From NCBI GenBank assembly GCA_965240325.2, contig OZ251237.1, positions 806,001 to 870,000 of the forward strand: DNA of 64,000 bases, written 5' to 3'. The notes under the pieces were generated by a model that did no database searches, was not told where the DNA came from, and saw nothing but the letters and a program-made list of their open reading frames with translations. Positions 1 to 10,858 of the stretch are shown here, one piece after another. The translations under genes were made by a program, and so were the position numbers. The stretch's first letter is position 1. Each line of letters begins with the position of its first letter. This DNA comes from Rebecca billardiae RCC1528 (Eukaryota > Protista > Haptophyta).

Positions 1-2780
1 CGCGGGCGCGCGCGCGCGAGCAGCAGCCCCACGGGCGTCTGCTCCTGCGCCACGATCCACAGCGTGCCGCCGCGCCGCAGCCGGCGCGGCGCGCCTCGGA
101 TCAGCTCGCGCAGTACGGACAGGTCGGAGGGCCGGCCGCGGTGCACGGGCGGGTTGGAGACGATCCAGGCGTACCGCCGCGCGCGCATCGCGCGCGCCGG
201 CCAGCCGTCAGAGAGGTATGCCTTGGTCGCCCCCGGCACGTTGGCGCACGCGGCGTCGAGAGCAAGCGCGTCCGCATCGAGCAGGTCCACGCGCGCGCGT
301 GGCGCGCGCGCGCGCAGCGCGCTCGCGATCGCGCCCGTGCCGCAGGCAAAGTCGAGGAAGGGGCCGTGCGGGGGCGGCGGCGGCAGCACGCGCAGCAGGG
401 CGGTCGTCATGCTGTCCGCCACGCCCGCGTTGAACAGGCCGGGGTATGTGCACCACCCGCGCGGCGGCCCCGGCGCGGCGGCATGCGCCGCGCTCTCCTG
501 ATGCCACTGCGCCCAATGGCTGTGCGACTGGCTCAGCCGTGCCAGCGCCTCCGAGCGCGGCGGCGCCCGGTGGGACACGACGGCGTGGAAGATCGCCACC
601 TCGTCGCCCGGCCGCGAGAGCGCCCTGGCCGTGCCGAACATGCCCGTCGACTCGAGCGCTGCCGCGCACGCCATCGCGCCCTCGTCCACGCGACCCGCCA
701 CCCAGACGGCCGCGCCCGGCGGCAGCACAGACGCCGCGGCGTGCAGCAGCAGCCGCGCGGCGTCGCCGCTTGCATACCACGGCCAGCGGAGCACGCACGC
801 GGAGAGGGGCGGCGAGGCGGCGCGCAGCTCGGGCGCGGGCCACGCGCTCGCGCTCTCCGCCGCCGCCCCGTCCGCGACGAAGCGATTCCAGCGGCGCACG
901 CTCAGCCCAGCCGCCGAGAGCGTGCCGTGCAGGCAGAGTGCATCTGCTCCGGGCCGCGCCGCGCCGGATCCGTCCGAAGCCGACGCGAGCCCCGAGCTTG
1001 AGAGCGCGTCGTGCGAGTCGTGCGCGCGGCGGCGCGTGGACTCGTGCGCGCGTCGGCGCGTGGAGTCGTCGATGAGGAGCACTGCTGAGCCGGGCGCGAG
1101 CACGCCCTGCCACGGCGAGAGCGCCGCGAGCGCTTCGGCGGGCGTGCGGTTCACGCGCGCCGCGCGCGCGCTCTCAGCCGTCGCCGCGCGCGCCGTGCGC
1201 CTCGCGAGCGCCGCAAGTTGCGCCGTCTCAGCGGCGGGCGCGCACCAACCGCCGGTGGCGGGCGCGCACCAACCGCCGGTGGCGGGCGCGCACCAACCGC
1301 CGGTGGCGGGCGCGCACCAACCGCCGGTGGCGGGCGCGCACCAACCGCCGGTGGCGGGCGCGCACCAACTGCCGGTGGCGGGCGCGCACCAACTGCCGGT
1401 GGCGAGGCTGGCCGGGGGCCCGTTGGCCGCGTGCGCGGCAGGCTCGGCGGCGCCGCCCTCGCCCGGCGCGGGCTGCGTGAGCTGCAGCGCGAGCTGGATG
1501 TGCGCCGCCGACTTGGGCGACGCGTGCGCGCACACCTCCGACAATCTGGACAGCAGCGCCGCTCTGAGAGCGCTCACCTGTGCGCGCGCAAGCGCGTCCC
1601 GTACCCACGGCTTGCACAGGGCCGCGCACGCGACGCCGAGGCGCTGGCTGCCCATGCGCCCGATCGCGCTCAGCGCGCGCGGTGCGCACAGCCACGGCGC
1701 GAGCGTGCGCGCCAGCTCGGCGTCGCGCACGCGCGCGACCGCGCCGAACACGTCGGCGGCAATGGCTGTGCCCGCCGCCGTGGCGGGTGCGTCTGTGGTC
1801 ACTGGCGCGGTGCCGCGCTCCGCGAGGTCCGGCGCGCACACCGCCGAGCCGAGCGCGCGCGCGGTGCTGAGGAGCGGCGACGGCTCGTCGCCGCCGTCGG
1901 GGAGCCAGCGCGAGACGGCCCAGAGCAGCCGTGCCGCGCTCGAGCCGTCGAGCTCCGGCTTGGCGCTCGACACCGCCGCCTGCACGGCCTCCGCCAGGCC
2001 GGGGACGTCGGTTGGCCCGACGCCGAGCGACGCAAGCGCCCAGCACAGGCCTGCGAGCTGCACGCCGTCGAGGGCGGCGCCCCCCCGCTCGGGGCGCGGC
2101 TCGCCCGCGCGAAGCATCGCCACCGCACGCGTGCCGAACGCCGCGAGCATCCCGGGCTCGCGCACGTCGCACTGCGCGAACGCCACGCATACGCGCGAGA
2201 GGCCGTCCGCTGAGAACGCCGCGGCCTGCCGCTCGGCGTGCGGCGCGGCCGCGCGGAAGAGGGCCTGCTCGGCGGGCTCGCGGCTGGGTGCGAGCGCCCA
2301 GAGCAGGTTGGTCAGCTCCTGCGGGCTGAAGTCGCCCACGCACGCCTTCGACGCGCCCACCACCACGTTGAGCGCGGCGCGATGTCGTTTCGAATCGCCG
2401 CTGAGGGTCACGGCCACGTTGGCGAGTGCGCATGGGTCGAGGTCGCCACGTGAAGCGGAGCGCGCGGCGGCGGCTGCGAGTGCATCCAGTAGCTCCGCGT
2501 GCGCCTCGAGGCGGCTGGCCGCCCAGGCCAACGAGGTGAGCGAGCGCGCGCTCACCGCCTCGGCGTGGAGCAGGCTGGCCGCGCGAACGCACACGGCGCT
2601 TGCGCGCGCGGCATCTGCCGCGTCCCACGTCGCGCCCTGCGCGCGGAATTTGGCCAGCCGGTGGAGTGCGGTCGCGCAGTTGACGAGCGTACACCGACCG
2701 AGCGTGCCTGGGCCGCTGATGGCGCCGAGCAGCGCGTGCGCATCAGCAGCGCCGACGAGAACGCGGTTCAGCCCCGCCAT
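1..2780 (-). CDS. Helical-repeat (OPR/HPR/FASTK-like) protein fused to C-terminal RsmC-like class I SAM methyltransferase; 3'-partial (runs off window)
   Basis: Manual translation from the ATG at 2780 gives MAGLNRVL..VNCATALHRLAK..SARSLTSLAWAASRL..DFSPQELTNLLWALA..GVQLAGLCWALASLG. The same frame continues to YPGLFNAG, DFACGTGAI and WIVSNPPVH (NPPVH at 141-155). It is absent from the ORF track, probably because there is no stop before the window edge. Confidence 0.8.
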   Translation of the reverse strand, partial: MAGLNRVLVGAADAHALLGAISGPGTLGRCTLVNCATALHRLAKFRAQGATWDAADAARASAVCVRAASLLHAEAVSARSLTSLAWAASRLEAHAELLDALAAAAARSASRGDLDPCALANVAVTLSGDSKRHRAALNVVVGASKACVGDFSPQELTNLLWALAPSREPAEQALFRAAAPHAERQAAAFSADGLSRVCVAFAQCDVREPGMLAAFGTRAVAMLRAGEPRPERGGAALDGVQLAGLCWALASLGVGPTDVPGLAEAVQAAVSSAKPELDGSSAARLLWAVSRWLPDGGDEPSPLLSTARALGSAVCAPDLAERGTAPVTTDAPATAAGTAIAADVFGAVARVRDAELARTLAPWLCAPRALSAIGRMGSQRLGVACAALCKPWVRDALARAQVSALRAALLSRLSEVCAHASPKSAAHIQLALQLTQPAPGEGGAAEPAAHAANGPPASLATGSWCAPATGSWCAPATGGWCAPATGGWCAPATGGWCAPATGGWCAPATGGWCAPAAETAQLAALARRTARAATAESARAARVNRTPAEALAALSPWQGVLAPGSAVLLIDDSTRRRAHESTRRRAHDSHDALSSSGLASASDGSGAARPGADALCLHGTLSAAGLSVRRWNRFVADGAAAESASAWPAPELRAASPPLSACVLRWPWYASGDAARLLLHAAASVLPPGAAVWVAGRVDEGAMACAAALESTGMFGTARALSRPGDEVAIFHAVVSHRAPPRSEALARLSQSHSHWAQWHQESAAHAAAPGPPRGWCTYPGLFNAGVADSMTTALLRVLPPPPPHGPFLDFACGTGAIASALRARAPRARVDLLDADALALDAACANVPGATKAYLSDGWPARAMRARRYAWIVSNPPVHRGRPSDLSVLRELIRGAPRRLRRGGTLWIVAQEQTPVGLLLARARP
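1233..1404. repeat. 24-bp minisatellite, 7 copies (GGCGGGCGCGCACCAACCGCCGGT), in frame within the CDS (TGGWCAPA repeats)
   Basis: Five identical units plus two units carrying a C>T variant, head to tail with no spacers. Confidence 0.95.
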
Positions 2781-2953
2781 GCTGACGACAGCGTAGATCT
2801 TTTTTTTCGCTGCGGAATAACCCGCCATATTTTATTATGCGGCGGAAAGAAACTACAGGTGACGATGATGCAAGCTGATGGTCAGCAGTGGCTGCGAGGT
2901 GCGCCGTACTACGACGACATCAGCGCACTTCTGTCAACGACGCCGGTGATTGT

Positions 2954-5329
2954 TTAGTGCTGCTGACTGCTGCGACGCAAATAGCCCGTGCGCTCGGAGG
3001 CCCTTCGGGCAGCGTGGGGAGCGTACGCCGACGCTGCCGCGTGCGACGGCGAGGCCGCCGCGCCCGGCCGCGGGAGCACGCCCGAGCCTGAGAGGTCCCC
3101 GTGCCCGTGGTCACCGTGGTGCGCAGCCTCCGACTCCGCTGCAGCGCCCTCGGCGGTCCCATCGCTGCCCGCCAGTGCCCCGTGGCCGGGCACGCGCGAC
3201 GAGGAGCGGCGTGATGCCGCGGCCGCCGCGCTCGAGCGCCGATTCTTCGGCTCACCCGAGGCCTCGCCCGGCTCAGCGGGTGCGGCCTCCTCGGCGACGG
3301 GCGCGCCGTGTGGGTACGGCACGGCGCGGCCATCGACCGCGCCGCGCCGGAACGCGAGCGAGCGATGCAGACCGCGCCCCCTCGGCCCAGCCAGGCCGAG
3401 GTGGAGCATGGCCTGCTCCTTAGTCATGCCTGCGGTCGTGCACGCGGTCATCAGCAGCTTGCGGATCAGCTCGTGCGAAGTGCCGAACTCGCGCACCAGC
3501 CGCGCCGTGAGCTCCGGCTCGGTCGCGCTCACCCCGGCATCGAGCAGCTCCTTGAGCCTTCCGAGAAACTTCCGCGTCTCGCCGTCCGGCTCGCCTGAGC
3601 CCGGGCCGACCGCAGTAAGGCCGCCTGCGTCGTCGACGCCGTCCGCGCCGTGCGGAAGCACGCTGCGGACGATGCGCGCCGCGCGCTCGGCGTCGTGCCG
3701 CGCCGTCTCGCGCGCGACGTTGAGCAGTGTCTGCCACAGCAGCATTTCTCCGCCGTCGCGCGCGGCCACCTCCGTGCTCAGCGCGTGCCAGATGGATTCG
3801 CTGTGCGCGCGCGCGCGGTGCGGGCCTGTCGGGGAGACGACCACGGCAGTTGGCGGCACGGTGCGCGTGCGATAGGTGGGGTTCTCGAAGCGCTGCTCGA
3901 CGAGCGAGCGCACGGCGTGCTTGGCCTTGGGCAGGCTGTACACGTCCGCGCGGTGCATGTGCCGCTGCAGCAGCAGGCCCTCAAGAAGCGCGCGCTGCGT
4001 GTCGGTCGTCGCGTCGAACTCGGCGATCAGCAGCTGCAACGACGCGCCGATGGGCGGGGTGGTGTGACGCCCGCCGCGCTCCTCCTCCTCCTTCTGCTCG
4101 CGCAGCGCGTCGAGGAAGCCGTGGGAGTCGCCGCCGTCGGCGTGCGGCGGCACGGGCACCCCGAGCCTGCCGGCGCGCCCGTGCGCCCCGCCGGGCGACA
4201 CGCCACGCGATGTGTCGCGCGGGCTTCCAGCTGAGTGCTCCGAGGGGGTGGCCAGCGGCGGTGGCAGCGCGCCTCCCGACGGCCACGCCTTGTTGGCACT
4301 CCGCGGCGACTTCTTGGGCGAGATGGGGTGGCCGCTCTCGGGCCCCAACGAGGGGCTCCGCCCCGTGTCGCTGGGCACGGCCGAGCCTGCGCCGCCCTGC
4401 GGGCTCGACGCGTGCGTGCTGGCGGGCGGGCGAGCGGGCGGTGACGCGGAGATGTGCGCCGCGCCGCCTCCGCCCTTGCGCGTGGGCGTGCGTCCGGCCG
4501 CGCGCGTGGGCTCGTCGTGCGCCGCACCGGCCCGGCCGCGCGGGTGCCCCGCGCGCGCCCTCGGCGACGTCGCGCCGGCCGCGGCCGGCTGCTTCGTGTG
4601 CCCTGCCGCCGGCTTGCCCGCGGAGGCCGAAGGCTTCTGCTGCTCCTCCGGGTGCCCCAGGATAATGTCTGGCGCGGTCTGGAGGTGCGGCCCCCCGGGG
4701 CGCGCGGGGCGCGCGGGCGGCAGCAGGCGGCCGGCGTGCCACGGGTACGGCGTCGCCGCCTCGGACGCGTCGGTGCTGCCCCGACGCGCCTCCAGGTGGT
4801 GCACATAGATCGTGTCTGCGTAAGCCGTGCCCGCGCCAACGCGCTTGAGCCGCGCGGTCGACGTCTTAATCACCTCCTTGGGGAATCGCACGCGCTGCGC
4901 GTCACGCAGGCTGGTGAGGGAGCCCGCGGCGCGGTACATCGTGCCGTCGTTGAAGCGGTCGAGCACGGACGGCTGCACGTGCCGCGGGCCGCGCGCGGGC
5001 ACGATCGTCGGCAGGATGCGCAGCGGTGGCGCATCCTGCTCAGAGGTGTCGGCAGCGCCGCCAGCCGACGCGGAGAGCTCGGTTCCGTGGCCGTGGAGCG
5101 GCTGCTCGAGCGTGTGCACCGAGTCTAGGAGCAAGTGTCGCCGCCGCAGCCGCTCAGGCTCCAGGTTGGGCGCGCCGTTCGGCACGAAGGCGCGACCGAG
5201 CGGCGCCCACACGCCGCTGTCAGCAACAAATTCGCGGCGATGGTGGCGAGTGCTCTTGGCCTGCGCCACGCGGTTGGCGTAAGTGACAATCGACTCGTCG
5301 ACGAGCGGAGGGAGCTCGGGAGTGCTCAT
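2954..5329 (-). CDS. Hypothetical protein (791 aa, low-complexity centre, helical C-terminal part)
   Basis: Long ORF with balanced residue composition (MSTPELPPLVDESIVTYANRV...). It is divergent from the 5601 gene. Confidence 0.65.
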   Translation of the reverse strand: MSTPELPPLVDESIVTYANRVAQAKSTRHHRREFVADSGVWAPLGRAFVPNGAPNLEPERLRRRHLLLDSVHTLEQPLHGHGTELSASAGGAADTSEQDAPPLRILPTIVPARGPRHVQPSVLDRFNDGTMYRAAGSLTSLRDAQRVRFPKEVIKTSTARLKRVGAGTAYADTIYVHHLEARRGSTDASEAATPYPWHAGRLLPPARPARPGGPHLQTAPDIILGHPEEQQKPSASAGKPAAGHTKQPAAAGATSPRARAGHPRGRAGAAHDEPTRAAGRTPTRKGGGGAAHISASPPARPPASTHASSPQGGAGSAVPSDTGRSPSLGPESGHPISPKKSPRSANKAWPSGGALPPPLATPSEHSAGSPRDTSRGVSPGGAHGRAGRLGVPVPPHADGGDSHGFLDALREQKEEEERGGRHTTPPIGASLQLLIAEFDATTDTQRALLEGLLLQRHMHRADVYSLPKAKHAVRSLVEQRFENPTYRTRTVPPTAVVVSPTGPHRARAHSESIWHALSTEVAARDGGEMLLWQTLLNVARETARHDAERAARIVRSVLPHGADGVDDAGGLTAVGPGSGEPDGETRKFLGRLKELLDAGVSATEPELTARLVREFGTSHELIRKLLMTACTTAGMTKEQAMLHLGLAGPRGRGLHRSLAFRRGAVDGRAVPYPHGAPVAEEAAPAEPGEASGEPKNRRSSAAAAASRRSSSRVPGHGALAGSDGTAEGAAAESEAAHHGDHGHGDLSGSGVLPRPGAAASPSHAAASAYAPHAARRASERTGYLRRSSQQH

Positions 5330-5600
5330 CGACTCCTCCCTCGCCCCGCCTCGCAGACGTGCTCGCGCCCGCTAGCTCGACGCGGTGATCGTCGGGTCGG
5401 TGCGCGCCACACCCGCGCCCATGGGGGGCTAAACGCGGCCAGCCCTCAACCCGACCGGGGTTGTATTTCCGGTTGGCCGTAACTACGGTACGGAGCCGTA
5501 ACGAGAATCGACCGCAACCCCGGAATCAGATAGGCCGGAGTCGTTCAGTTACACTTTCGTCTTCCGCCACTCGTGAGCAGGCGAGGGGCTCCCGAGAGCC

Positions 5601-6230
5601 ATGGCTGCGCCCGAGGTGCGCAAGGCTAGCAAGCCGGCATACCAGCCGTACGTCTGGCAGGACCTGGTCACCGGTAAGAACTACGTGATGAACAACCAAA
5701 CCGGCGATGCAGTGCTCTGCGATCGCCACGGCGCCATCCTCCCCGTCTGCCGCACCGGCGTGAGCGGCATCGCCGACACAAAAAAGCGATTCTTCGACCA
5801 CAAGACGAAAGGGGAGATCCTGCTCGAGTCGCTGTACCAGGAGCCGCCGCCGCGACCAATGCCGCTGGCTCCCGAGCTTCGGTACGAACGCGTGGTCACG
5901 AAGGGCAGGTACCGCCTGAAGCCCGTCTCCGAATCCGACCTGTGGATGAAGGAGCTGCGCATTCAGAAGCAGCTCTTTCCCGAGCGCTTCGAGGCGGAGC
6001 GGCTGGCGGACGACAAGTTCAGGCGGAAGGTGGAGGAGGCGCATAAGTCGTTCCGCGCGCTAGAGCGACAGCTCGGCCCAAAGGCCGGCGGCCTGGGTGG
6101 CTTCGAGGCGACGCCACCCAAGACCATCAAAATGAAGGACCTCGAGCCGTTCATGAACATGTCGGACCGCGATGCTGGGGCGATGCCCATCCGCGGGAAG
6201 ATGGATCTTTTTGGGCTGTACCGCCCATGA
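5601..6230 (+). CDS. Hypothetical protein (209 aa)
   Basis: K/E/D/Y-rich protein-like ORF with strong GC3 bias. No family recognised. Confidence 0.75.
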   Translation: MAAPEVRKASKPAYQPYVWQDLVTGKNYVMNNQTGDAVLCDRHGAILPVCRTGVSGIADTKKRFFDHKTKGEILLESLYQEPPPRPMPLAPELRYERVVTKGRYRLKPVSESDLWMKELRIQKQLFPERFEAERLADDKFRRKVEEAHKSFRALERQLGPKAGGLGGFEATPPKTIKMKDLEPFMNMSDRDAGAMPIRGKMDLFGLYRP

Positions 6231-6333
6231 TGATGACACGGCTAAGCCAGATCAGTGGCGTGATGGCATCCGCCGCCATCCGTGTTTTGTATGAGTAGGA
6301 TATCGGTCGTCACGACCAACTCGCGGTTGACTA

Positions 6334-7431
6334 TCAGTACGCATCGAGATTAACAGCGCTGCGGCCGCCACCACTGGGCCCGCCCCCAGGCGCTGTGGGC
6401 GTGGCTGCTGCGGCCGAGGCTGTTGCTCGCGTTGATCCACTACTGCCATCAGAGGCGGCAGTGATGGCGGCCACAGCAGCACCCTCAGCCGTGCTGCCGT
6501 CGCTGGCGGCGTTTGCCCGCCGCCTGACGCTCGAGCCGCCGTGTGCCCGCGCCGTGCCCTGCCGGGCACCAGGACGCAACTCTGTCTCTTGGGCGCTGCG
6601 CACGTCCGGCGCAGGTTGCGCGCGCGGCTGACCCTCTGCCGCGTGCGCAGGCGGCATCCCCGCCCGCGCCTCTCCGTCCGTGCGGGGCGCGTCCGGCGGC
6701 TCTCGCGGGGACCTGAACTGCAGCATGGCGATGAGCACGAACTGCACGAAGACGATGGCGGAGATCGACACCAGCGCGGACGCGAGGCGGTGCGTGTGCA
6801 TGTAGTAGCTCAGCCCGCGGAAGATGGCGACGACGTGAAGCGACGACGAGTACACGCGCAGCTGCGGCGACGAGAGCGTGAGCGTCGCACGCACTGCGGG
6901 CGTCTGGGGCGGGTTATCGAACGCTTCGACCAGCGGCACGCGGAGCGACTGCGTCTCCTCACTGCGGCCGAGCAGGAAGAAGGGCAGGTAGAAGTACGTC
7001 CACAGCTGCCGCAGCAGGCTGGAGCGATATCGCAGGATCGCCGGCCGCTGCGCAGTTCGCAGCGCCGTGCCGTTCTGCGTTTCGAGGGCGACGCTGACCA
7101 TGAAGTTGCCCGCGTCGAGGTTCTCCGGGGAGTCTGGCATCTCAAGTGTGACGCTGAGAGCGTACGCCTGCCCGGGCACCATAACCGGCGCGTGGACGCT
7201 CACCTCTGCCGTCGGGGCGCGCATGCCGTCAAAGACAAAGTGCACGGGCGTCACGTGCCTCGCGTCCGGCACGATTGCGCGGTAGATGAGCAAGTACGTC
7301 GACACGGCGGTCGCGCACGCGACCATGAAGATCATCCAGAAGCGCACCGAGTACGTGACCAGGCGCTCGCCCCACAGCAGCGCGCCGTCCCAATCCCATC
7401 CTGGTCGCCCTGTCGGCGACAGGGCCGCCAT
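6334..7431 (-). CDS. BSCL2: Seipin (lipid droplet biogenesis protein)
   Basis: Two TM segments flank a lumenal domain with LEMPDSPENLDAGNFMVSV, RPAILRYRSSLLR and FRGLSYYM. Likely start is MAALSPT at 7431. Confidence 0.9.
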   Translation of the reverse strand: MAALSPTGRPGWDWDGALLWGERLVTYSVRFWMIFMVACATAVSTYLLIYRAIVPDARHVTPVHFVFDGMRAPTAEVSVHAPVMVPGQAYALSVTLEMPDSPENLDAGNFMVSVALETQNGTALRTAQRPAILRYRSSLLRQLWTYFYLPFFLLGRSEETQSLRVPLVEAFDNPPQTPAVRATLTLSSPQLRVYSSSLHVVAIFRGLSYYMHTHRLASALVSISAIVFVQFVLIAMLQFRSPREPPDAPRTDGEARAGMPPAHAAEGQPRAQPAPDVRSAQETELRPGARQGTARAHGGSSVRRRANAASDGSTAEGAAVAAITAASDGSSGSTRATASAAAATPTAPGGGPSGGGRSAVNLDAY

Positions 7432-7560
7432 TTCGGAGCTGCGCCGGTGCGCCCGGGCCGACGCCCAACACCTCTGCATTCGCGAACGCGGGCCGCGGCT
7501 GTTGCGTTGCGCCGGCAGCCCGCCGCCTGAGCGGGGGCGGGGGCGAGCAGCGCGAGGCCC

Positions 7561-10500
7561 ATGTACTCTGCGTTCGAGTTGAACGTGAATGGCACGCTCT
7601 CCCTCATCACCGTACGGCAGGAGGGCCTCCTGGGGCGCGTGACCATTGCGGTGGACGGCGCTGTGCGGCACACCTCCTTCTGCACGTCGATGGCGTCGGT
7701 CGAGATCGGCCCGGTCGCCGTGGAGGTGCAGGTGCGCCGATGGGGCCGTGAGCACCGCGTGCGTGCACGCCCCTCGGTCCCCCTCCGCCTCGTCCACTCC
7801 AACCTTACGAGCAGCACCGGACGGCCCCGCAGTTCCGTCACGCTGTGGCTGACCCTGATGTCAGTCCTCGCGCTCGCAGCGCTGGTGCTGATGCTCGAGG
7901 CGGTGTACGTCGGCGGGGCCGAGCGGATCACGCATGAGCGAGAAAAGCTCCCCAGTCGCGATGCGCTCGCCCGTGACGAGCCACGCCCCTCGCTCCTCAG
8001 CGAGGCGTCAGCTGCCGCGCCGCGCGTGGGCGGCAGCGCGGGCGGCGGAAGCAGCAGCAGCAGCTCAAGCCAGGGCGGCGGCACCGTGGCGGCGGCGGCG
8101 AGCGGCGAGCGGCCAGTCGCGTGCGTCGAGCGCTTCAACGCCTCGAGGCGCTGGCCCAACGTCGGCATCCAGCACGTCGCCGCGAGCGCGCCGCGGTGTG
8201 ACTTTGGCCTCGACGCGCTGCTCGCGGACCCAGCGCCGAGCGTGAAGGTGTCCGGGAAAGGGGCGGAGGCGATGGTCACGCTGGTGGACACGTCGGGCGC
8301 GAAGCGCAAGTGCGCCGCCATCGCGCTCTTCGCGCAGCTCGTCGCCGCGCACGGCGGCCAGAGCGTGTGCGGCGGGCGCTGGCCGCGGGCGCCGCCGCCG
8401 CCGCCGTCCGAGCCCGCGGCGGCGACGGCTGGCGCCACCACGCCAGAGCCAGCGTTCAAAGTGGTGGACGGGTACATCGAGGCGGCGCACGCCGTGCTTG
8501 GGTACGACGCCGCGAGGGAGATGGGGATCGCCGAGGCCGAGGCGCTGTGCGCCCGGCTGCCGCAGTGCGCCGGCATCACCTACCCGACCGCATCGCTCAT
8601 CGGCGGCAGCGGCGGCGCATCCAGCAGTGGCGGCGGCGGTGGCGGCGGCGCGGGCGCTGCGCCGAGCGGCGGCAGCGGTGGCGGCGCTTCCGGCCCGGCC
8701 GCGACTGCGCAGCGCGCGTCCGTGCTGCTCAAGACCTCCAGCCACTGGCAGGCCGCCCCGGGATGGAAAGCGCACATCAAGCAGGAGCGGCCGACGCAGC
8801 CACTCGTGCCGCCGGTTCGCCGCGGCTGGGAGGGCGGCGAAGCGGACAGGGCGCGCGTGGCCAGCAGCGACGCGCGCGCCGCCCTCTCCGCGAGCGTCGC
8901 CGCGGCCGCGACGCACGCGCCGTCGGCCGGCGCGCGGAGCGTGCTGATGGCCGAGTGCAGCGGCGGGTGGTCCGACGCGCTCCACGCGTACCGTGAGGCG
9001 CTAGCCCAGTCCGGCACACCCGTGACGGTTCTTGGCCTCGGCTGCTCGCCCTCCAAGGGCGCAAATAAGGCTGAGAGCGGCGGCGCCCCGAGCGGTGGGG
9101 ACGAGGAGGAGGGCTCGTACCGCTGCGATCCGCGCCCCGCGCTGGAGCGGGCGCAGGTGCTGTACGACGCGCCCCACTGGTTCGATGTGCAGCTCGGCCT
9201 GCCGCTGCTGCGCGCACACCCCTTCTGCACCGCGTGGAACGGCACCGACGGCTCGGCGCCGCCGCGCTTTGCCGAGCGGCTCGGCCGTGCCGACTCGAGT
9301 AGCAGCCCGACAACCAGCATGTCGGCGCCGACGGCGCGAGGCCTGCTCTCGCTGGCGGCCGCGGCTGGCGCGAGCGCTGCGGGCGGGGCCGTGGGCGGTC
9401 TCGGCGCGGCGCACGCGGCGGAGGCCGCTGCTCACGCTCCCGCGGGGCTCAGCACCTCCGCGCACTTGCCGTGCCGCGTGCGCGCCAAGGCTGCGGACGC
9501 GTGCGACGCATCTCATCCGCATCTCGAGGTCCAATCTGAGCGCTTCCCTGATCGGGCGGGGTGGCACGGCGACGTGTGCCGCGAGCGCGACGAGGCAAGC
9601 TCGGCGTGGAGCTGCCCGCGCGGTTGCGTCGGCTTGCCCGACGCGCCGTTCTGTGCCGGGGCGGACGCGCTCGGTACCGGCCAGGCCGCTGCGGCGGTGG
9701 GCACCGCGGCCGCCGGCATGCCGGTAGTGCAACCTGCGGCCGCGGTCAAGAAGCCCAAGCCTGCCCCTCCGCCACCACACGACGCCCACCGTGGGTACAG
9801 GCGCATCCTGGGCGCGCAGCTCGCCGCCGCTCGCACCTCCTTCCTCGTCGTCCCGCTCTTCGCCGCCGAGCAGCGCGCCCTCAGCGCGGCGCGCGCTGCG
9901 CGGCTGCTCCCAGATTCCATCTTGCAAGCCCTGCTGCTCACGCTGCCATATGCAGACACCGACGGCGCGACGCGGCTGCTCGGCGACGTGCTCCGCGCCG
10001 CCGGAGTGAGCGAGCACTCGACGACGCTGGTGCACGTGGCCGCGGATGGCGCCGCCGCCCTGCTCCGCGTGGACGTCGACGCGTGCGCCCGCACCGTGCT
10101 GCTGCAGTCGATGACAGACCCGGCACACGACGGTACGGCGCCGCGCGCGAGGTGTCGTGCGAGCGCGAGCGTGCGCGTTGCTGCGCGCGATGCGCCGCGC
10201 GGCTGAGCCGGTGCGCACACCACACCGCGCGACTTGGCCCGCGCCCCGCGCCACTGCAGGGACTGCCGAGCTCAGCGTGAGCCACGGAGTCGCGCGCGTC
10301 CGCCGCTCGGTCGTCCCGCCCGGCGATCCGGCCGATGAGCTGATCGATGGCGGCGTCCCCCTGCGCACCCTGCTCGCGCTCGGCGTCGGCGCGACCCAGC
10401 GGCGCCACCTGAGGCGCGAGTTCGTCAAGCTGCCGATCTCTGAGAATCTCTTCGGCGGGACGATTAAGGCGCAGGGGAGCCGCCTGGTCGCTCAGGGCGC

Positions 10501-10858
10501 GACCGCCTCCGACCGGCTGGTGGCGATGCTGCCGGTCACGACGCCGCTGCTGGCGGCACTGATCAACTACCAGCAGGCCCTCGATGAGTTCGGAATCTGC
10601 GCGCACAAGGACGTGCCGTTGGTTCTGAGCGAGCCACCGGTGACCGCCGTCGGCACGTGCCTGCACAAGAACGCAGCCGAGGTGATGAAAGCCAGGCGCC
10701 TGGGCCATTGCCCGGGCGAGCAACCGGTGCTCTGCGGTGATGGCGTGTGCCGGGACACGTTCATCGACTGCTTCCGGGTGCCGTTTCTGCTCGCGAGACG
10801 AAGTCGTGAGGGCGACGACAGCGCGCCGGCAGCCTTTTGGCATCGCGACTCCGGCTAG
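7561..10858 (+). CDS. Hypothetical membrane-anchored/secreted Cys-rich protein, 2 exons (intron 10133-10259)
   Basis: Hydrophobic anchor (LWLTLMSVLALAALVLMLEAV), a PAN/Apple-like AEAEALCARLPQCAGITY motif and a C-terminal CPGEQPVLCGDGVCRDTFIDC. A phase-compatible GT..AG intron joins ORFs 7561-10206 and 10157-10858. Start codon uncertain. Confidence 0.65.

Noticed and set aside
1233-1404. CRISPR-like array
   Set aside because: The units are contiguous with no unique spacers, there are no cas genes, and the context is eukaryotic. It is a minisatellite.
631-2796. 721-aa plus-strand ORF and many other long Ala/Arg/Pro-rich ORFs (e.g. 25499-27547, 33714-36419, 42695-46750, 43298-46084, 55920-58397)
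   Set aside because: These are antisense or off-frame shadows of real genes, caused by stop-codon scarcity at very high GC.
2798-2853. Imperfect AT-rich inverted repeat upstream of the first gene
   Set aside because: Short, mismatched, single occurrence with no TSD. No function can be supported.
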